This document shows, in pieces, positions 59,610-64,000 of a stretch of 64,000 nucleotides of DNA. Position 1 is the first letter of the stretch. The number at the start of each line of letters is the position of its first letter. The notes below the pieces were generated by a model, which saw only the letters and a list, made by a program, of their open reading frames with translations, was not told the DNA's origin and did not search any database. The DNA is from a virus: the IMG/VR virus record IMGVR_UViG_3300016471_001035, positions 64,001 through 128,000 of that record; one strand, 5' to 3'. A program made the position numbers and the translations under genes.

Positions 59610-62006
59610 ATGCCTACATTTTATCAAACAACTTCTGCAGACAAGACATCTATTTTGTATGATTTTAAAACTATAGATACGTCAAGAGACGTAGTTATAT
59701 CTTTTGACTATAATTGTTCACTATTTAACTCTACAGGAGTTGATGGGTTTAGTCTTTTTTTAGCTGAAAGTATTAATGCTCCAGTGGGAGGTGCTGTTGG
59801 CCCGGGGTTAGGCGCAACATCCTTAGTAGCACTATCTACTGTAGGTTATTTTACTAACCCTTTACCGCCTTTTGATCTTCTGCCTGTAAACGTTCCAGTT
59901 GTTTTTAATGGTGCTGAAACTAGTGCACTTGTAATAGGTTTTGATATAAGTGGTAGATTTGGCTCTGGTAATTATTACGGGTTAAACGGACCTTCACAAG
60001 AAATACCTAATACAATAACTTTAAGAGGAGGTAAAGATCAAGGATTTCAATTTCTTTATAAAACACCTCAACTGAATACTTCTGCATTCGAAGAGCCTTT
60101 CTATCTTTATACTGCTTCAGCTACAGCATTCAATACATTTAGAGCAAGACTAACAAATTTAGGTAAAACTATTATTTTAGATCATAAGATTGGAACAGGT
60201 AAATATAATAATATTTTTAGTTATAATCTACCATATTTTCTTCCTCAATATGTGTATCCATGTCTAGGATTCAGTACAAATATAGATTTTAATACAATAA
60301 ATTTACGCGTAAAAAACTTTCATGAAAACGGATTTTTTGTAACACCTACTAATACACCATCATGGACACCCACAGTTACGCCTACACCTACAGTTACGCC
60401 TACTAGAACCGCTACTCCCACGGTTACACCTACTAATACAGTTACACCGTCTGTTACGCCTTCTAATACCGTTACACCTTCCGTCACACCTTCTAATACC
60501 GTCACACCATCAATAACCCCGTCTAATACAGTTACTCCTTCTATTACACCTTCCAATACTGCTACGCCATCAGAAACACCTACTAACACGCCTACGCATT
60601 CAGAAACACCTACCAACACGCCTACACCAACAGAAACACCTACCAACACACCCACACCCACTCAAACAGTAACACCTACAGTAACGCCTTCTAATACACG
60701 TACGCCAACAGCAACGCCGACTAGAACTGTAACACCTACAGTAACGCCTTCTAATACTGCTTCACCTACGGTAACCCCGTCTATAACACCGACCAATACA
60801 CGTACTCCTACGGTCACACCGTCCGTCACTCCTTCAGCTACAAATATTAACTATACGGTATTCCCATCTAATCAAACAAATATTATTATTAATGATAATA
60901 CTGTTGCAACCCCGTATCCTGTAGAATTTACAGTTTCAGGTATTACAAGAATAGTAGATAAGATTACTATAAAGTTAATAAACTATAATCATGATTTTGC
61001 TGCTGACGTTGCTATGTTGTTAGTAGCACCTAATGGTCAATCAACCATCGTAGTTGGCAGGGTAGGCGAAGGCCCCGCTATTAATGTAGACGTAATGCTA
61101 GATCAAAATGCAAGCCAAGCTTGGGATGGTTATTCATCAGGTACTTACAAGCCTAATACAATATCGGATGATTTCCCATTCGACAATATAAATGGGTGCC
61201 CCGTTGGCCCTTATAATACATCGCTTGACACATTCTTCTATATGTCACCAGGTGACGTTAATGGTACCTGGAAATTATACATACAAGACTTTGCACCTGT
61301 TGATGTAGGGACTATGCAAAGCGCACAGTTATATGTATATCAAGTATCACCATTTGCATCACCTACACCTACTGCTTCGCCTACTGTTACGCCTTCAGTT
61401 ACACCCACAATAACACCTACATTCCCTCTACCTACATCAAGCGTAACACCTACTAATACTCCTACAGTTACTAATACGCCTTCACCTACAGTAACGCAAT
61501 CACAAATAGACTATATTTCATTCCTATCGAGTACCAGTAATCTCATTATAAATGATGAAAGTATAGCTACTCCTTATCCACTCACATTTAATGTCTCTGG
61601 GCTAGCATCTACATATTCTAGAGTAACTGTACAATTAAGCGGGTATAATCATGACTTTACTGAAGATGTTGTCATGCTTCTTGTTTCTCCTACTAATACT
61701 ACTTGTTTATTAGCCGGTAGAGTTGGTTTAAATTCTGCCGTTGATACTACAGTAGTATTAGATCAAAGCGCATCTATTGCTTGGGATGGGTATAGTTCAG
61801 GGTATTACAAACCTAACACTACTTCTAATACATTTGCAATGAGTAGTAATAACGGTTGCCCCGCAGGCCCGTATAACACAACATTAAATATATTTAACAA
61901 TATAAATTCTGCAAACGCCAACGGTACTTGGAAGCTATATATTCAAGACTTTGCATTCGGAGATATTGGCAGCCTTAGCAACGCTACTTTAAGATTCCAT
62001 TCATAA
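59610..62006 (+). CDS. virion surface protein: lectin-like domain, Thr/Pro mucin-like linkers, two proprotein-convertase P-domain-like modules
   Basis: DGFS.F..LVIGFD..G L-lectin-like domain; TPT/TPS repeats; two H....D..MLLV.P...[13 protein letters not shown] modules. Confidence 0.7.
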   Translation: MPTFYQTTSADKTSILYDFKTIDTSRDVVISFDYNCSLFNSTGVDGFSLFLAESINAPVGGAVGPGLGATSLVALSTVGYFTNPLPPFDLLPVNVPVVFNGAETSALVIGFDISGRFGSGNYYGLNGPSQEIPNTITLRGGKDQGFQFLYKTPQLNTSAFEEPFYLYTASATAFNTFRARLTNLGKTIILDHKIGTGKYNNIFSYNLPYFLPQYVYPCLGFSTNIDFNTINLRVKNFHENGFFVTPTNTPSWTPTVTPTPTVTPTRTATPTVTPTNTVTPSVTPSNTVTPSVTPSNTVTPSITPSNTVTPSITPSNTATPSETPTNTPTHSETPTNTPTPTETPTNTPTPTQTVTPTVTPSNTRTPTATPTRTVTPTVTPSNTASPTVTPSITPTNTRTPTVTPSVTPSATNINYTVFPSNQTNIIINDNTVATPYPVEFTVSGITRIVDKITIKLINYNHDFAADVAMLLVAPNGQSTIVVGRVGEGPAINVDVMLDQNASQAWDGYSSGTYKPNTISDDFPFDNINGCPVGPYNTSLDTFFYMSPGDVNGTWKLYIQDFAPVDVGTMQSAQLYVYQVSPFASPTPTASPTVTPSVTPTITPTFPLPTSSVTPTNTPTVTNTPSPTVTQSQIDYISFLSSTSNLIINDESIATPYPLTFNVSGLASTYSRVTVQLSGYNHDFTEDVVMLLVSPTNTTCLLAGRVGLNSAVDTTVVLDQSASIAWDGYSSGYYKPNTTSNTFAMSSNNGCPAGPYNTTLNIFNNINSANANGTWKLYIQDFAFGDIGSLSNATLRFHS
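60340..60840 (+). repeat. degenerate 30-nt (10-aa) tandem repeats encoding a Thr/Pro/Ser tract
   Basis: cagaaacacctac at 60571, 60601, 60631; exact 29-nt duplicate at 60669 and 60729. Confidence 0.9.
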
Positions 62007-62014
62007 ATTTTTAT

Positions 62015-62042
62015 TTGATTTAAATACATTGTGTATTAAAAT
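62015..62042 (+). promoter_or_regulatory. early promoter of the glycosyltransferase cluster
   Basis: TTGATT-N16-TAAAAT-N6-GTG. Confidence 0.7.
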
Positions 62043-62048
62043 ATTAAA

Positions 62049-63317
62049 GTGAAAAATAACAAAGAATTAATTTTTATTTCAATAGCTTCATATAGAGATC
62101 CGCAGTTAGTACCTACTTTAAGAGATTGTGTTGCCAATGCTAAATATCCTGAAAATTTAAGGTTTAATATTTGTTGGCAAAAAGACGAGAAGGAATCATT
62201 AGAAGAGTTTACAAATGATTCGAGAGTTAAATACATTGAAGTTCCTTATAACGAGAGCAAAGGGACATGCTGGGCAAGAAGCAGAATTCAAGATAATTAT
62301 GATGGTGAAAAATATTATTTACAGCTAGACAGTCATCATCGCTTTGTAAAAGATTGGGATGAAAAATGTATTGGAATGGTCAAGCAACTTCAAAAGAAAG
62401 GACATAAAAAGCCTCTGCTAACTGGTTATATTTCTAGTTTCAATCCAGATAATGATCCCGCTGAACGTATACAAATACCATGGAAAATGAATTTCGATAG
62501 ATTTATACCAGAGGGAGCAGTTTTCTTTTTACCCGCATCAATCGACGATTATAAAGAACGAACTGAACCGCTACCAGCAAGATTTGTTTCAGCTCATTTT
62601 ATTTTTACACTTGGTAAATGGGTAAAGGAAGTTCCTTACGATCCTAATTATTATTTTCATGGTGAAGAAATTAACCTTGCTGTGAGATCATTTACTTGGG
62701 GATATGACTTATTTCACCCTCATATGGTAATCGCATGGCATGAATATACTAGACGAGGAAGAACGAAACACTGGGATGATGTTAAGGAATGGGGCGAATT
62801 TAACAGACTTTCGCACCTACGTAATCGTAAATTGTTTGGTATGGATGGTGAGATCGATGATATTAAGTGGGGAAAGTATGGATTTGGTAAGAAGAGAACA
62901 TTACAGGATTATGAAAAATATTCCGGTCTTTGTTTTAAAAAGCGTGCAGTTCAAAGATGGACGCTAGAAAATAAACTAGCACCAAATCCTAATGACAATC
63001 TTAGTGCGGAAGAATATGAAAAGTCTTTCTTAAAGATATTTAAGCATTGTATTGATGTCGGATATGACAAAGTGCCTGAAAAAGACTATGACTTTTGGTG
63101 TGTAGCATTTAAAGATAAAGAAGGTAAAGATGTATATAGAAAAGATGCTGATAGAGCTGAAATAGATAGAATGTTTAATGATCCGGACAAATATTGTAAG
63201 ATTTGGCGTGAGTTTAATGCAGAAGAAATGCCTCATAGCTGGATTGTATGGCCTCACAGTGTATCTAAAGGGTGGTCAGATCCTATAACTGGTGTAATAG
63301 GTAATAAAGTCAGCTAA
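62049..63317 (+). CDS. GT60-like (Skp1/polypeptide alpha-GlcNAc transferase family) glycosyltransferase
   Basis: IFISIASYRD, G.CWAR, LQLDSHHRF..WD, EVPYDP..YFHGEE, HEY. Confidence 0.8.
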   Translation: MKNNKELIFISIASYRDPQLVPTLRDCVANAKYPENLRFNICWQKDEKESLEEFTNDSRVKYIEVPYNESKGTCWARSRIQDNYDGEKYYLQLDSHHRFVKDWDEKCIGMVKQLQKKGHKKPLLTGYISSFNPDNDPAERIQIPWKMNFDRFIPEGAVFFLPASIDDYKERTEPLPARFVSAHFIFTLGKWVKEVPYDPNYYFHGEEINLAVRSFTWGYDLFHPHMVIAWHEYTRRGRTKHWDDVKEWGEFNRLSHLRNRKLFGMDGEIDDIKWGKYGFGKKRTLQDYEKYSGLCFKKRAVQRWTLENKLAPNPNDNLSAEEYEKSFLKIFKHCIDVGYDKVPEKDYDFWCVAFKDKEGKDVYRKDADRAEIDRMFNDPDKYCKIWREFNAEEMPHSWIVWPHSVSKGWSDPITGVIGNKVS

Positions 63318-64000
63318 TGAAATACACGTATTGTATTGCATCAGAGGCTCATTATCCTAACTATACGAAAAGAGTTAAGGAGAACAGTCTTAAATCATAC
63401 TTTAACCTTGAACTTGACAAAAAAAATATACCATATTATATTTCAACAAACAGAATTCAGGATTTTGATGAATTCAAGGACCACCCTACAGTAAAAATAA
63501 TAGATATTAACGAAGCAAGAAGAGATGTTCCCGAATCTTTTAATTACGAGCTTTATCCCGACGACCCCACGGGTATCTACCCGGCTAGATATCCATGGAA
63601 CATGCGTAGATTTTTAGTTAGACGCGCCGGACTGGACGGGCTTTGTGGCTGCTATGTAATAGATGCTGATTCTGTTAGTCACCCTTCAATTAGTAAGGAT
63701 AATTTTGTAGATCATATGGATAAAATATATGAGCCTAAGGTCTGTGGGTCAAATGCTGCTATATTTAAATATTCTCCCGGCTCTACATTTGAAGTGTTTG
63801 CGAGACATGATGCTTATATAAAGCATTTCGGGTTTACATTTACACCCGATCAGTATACTACTATAGACGGCCCGGCAATGTTTTTTATGGGCGAGACTAG
63901 TCAAGATCTTATTAATTTATATGAGAAATGGAATTTCTTTGCTTTGTTTGGCTATAAAAAGGAGTTTGGCTTCGGTTGTGAAAGTAATTTCCATACCAAT
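63317..64000 (+). CDS. putative GT-A glycosyltransferase; runs off the right edge
   Basis: Not in ORF track: MKYTYCIASEAHYPNY...YPWNMRRF...YVIDADS (DxD); TAATG coupling. Confidence 0.55.
   Translation, partial: MKYTYCIASEAHYPNYTKRVKENSLKSYFNLELDKKNIPYYISTNRIQDFDEFKDHPTVKIIDINEARRDVPESFNYELYPDDPTGIYPARYPWNMRRFLVRRAGLDGLCGCYVIDADSVSHPSISKDNFVDHMDKIYEPKVCGSNAAIFKYSPGSTFEVFARHDAYIKHFGFTFTPDQYTTIDGPAMFFMGETSQDLINLYEKWNFFALFGYKKEFGFGCESNFHTN

Noticed and set aside
60320-60661. Val/Gly-rich minus-strand ORF, and the repeat tract as a possible CRISPR array
   Set aside because: It is the reverse complement of the Thr/Pro codon repeats; the repeats are degenerate at third positions and have no unique spacers.
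5192-63257. Other short nested or antisense track ORFs (e.g. 5192, 7843, 8578, 8745, 14061, 14334, 16438, 16649, 18294, 19348, 21694, 24861, 29244, 32391, 33328, 35331, 38289, 39371, 39612, 39942, 41618, 42053, 43496, 46593, 47220, 48130, 48382, 50891, 53229, 62036, 62740, 63030)
   Set aside because: They lie within or largely overlap well-supported genes and show no recognisable motifs.
1-64000. Stop-codon reassignment, introns or inteins, tRNAs
   Set aside because: Core genes are full length and uninterrupted in the standard code, all three stop codons end genes, and intergenic gaps are too short for tRNAs.

Overview
This is 64 kb of a large, AT-rich, gene-dense T4-like myophage genome in the standard genetic code; I saw no tRNA, rRNA, CRISPR array or IS element. 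About 3.9-27 kb (+ strand) is the replication/recombination core (UvsY, UvsW, gp55 late sigma, gp47/gp46, gp43 polymerase, UvsX, gp41 helicase, gp32, gp45, gp61 primase), interleaved with QueC, a class II glutamine amidotransferase, glycosyltransferases, an RmlD-like reductase and ribosomal protein bS21. About 29-62 kb is mostly morphogenesis (gp14, gp17, gp3, gp18, gp19, baseplate, tape measure, fibres), followed by a glycosyltransferase cluster. Capsid, portal and prohead protease genes are not in the window. Main observations: (1) promoter geometry points to leaderless transcription across the window: 11 early promoters have the -35 TTG exactly 34 nt before the start codon, and 18 late TAAATA/TAAGTA boxes lie 5-6 nt before it, in a phage that carries its own bS21; (2) a GATase whose 5' half the ORF track missed must start at AUU behind a strong SD and may pair with QueC and a GT2 in the uvsX-gp41 interval; (3) a mucin-like Thr/Pro virion protein sits next to a GT60-type transferase; (4) a scaffold-like gene has a nested promoter and in-frame start; (5) three fibre genes share an N-terminal anchor. 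All functional calls come from motif recognition and gene order; no database searches were run.
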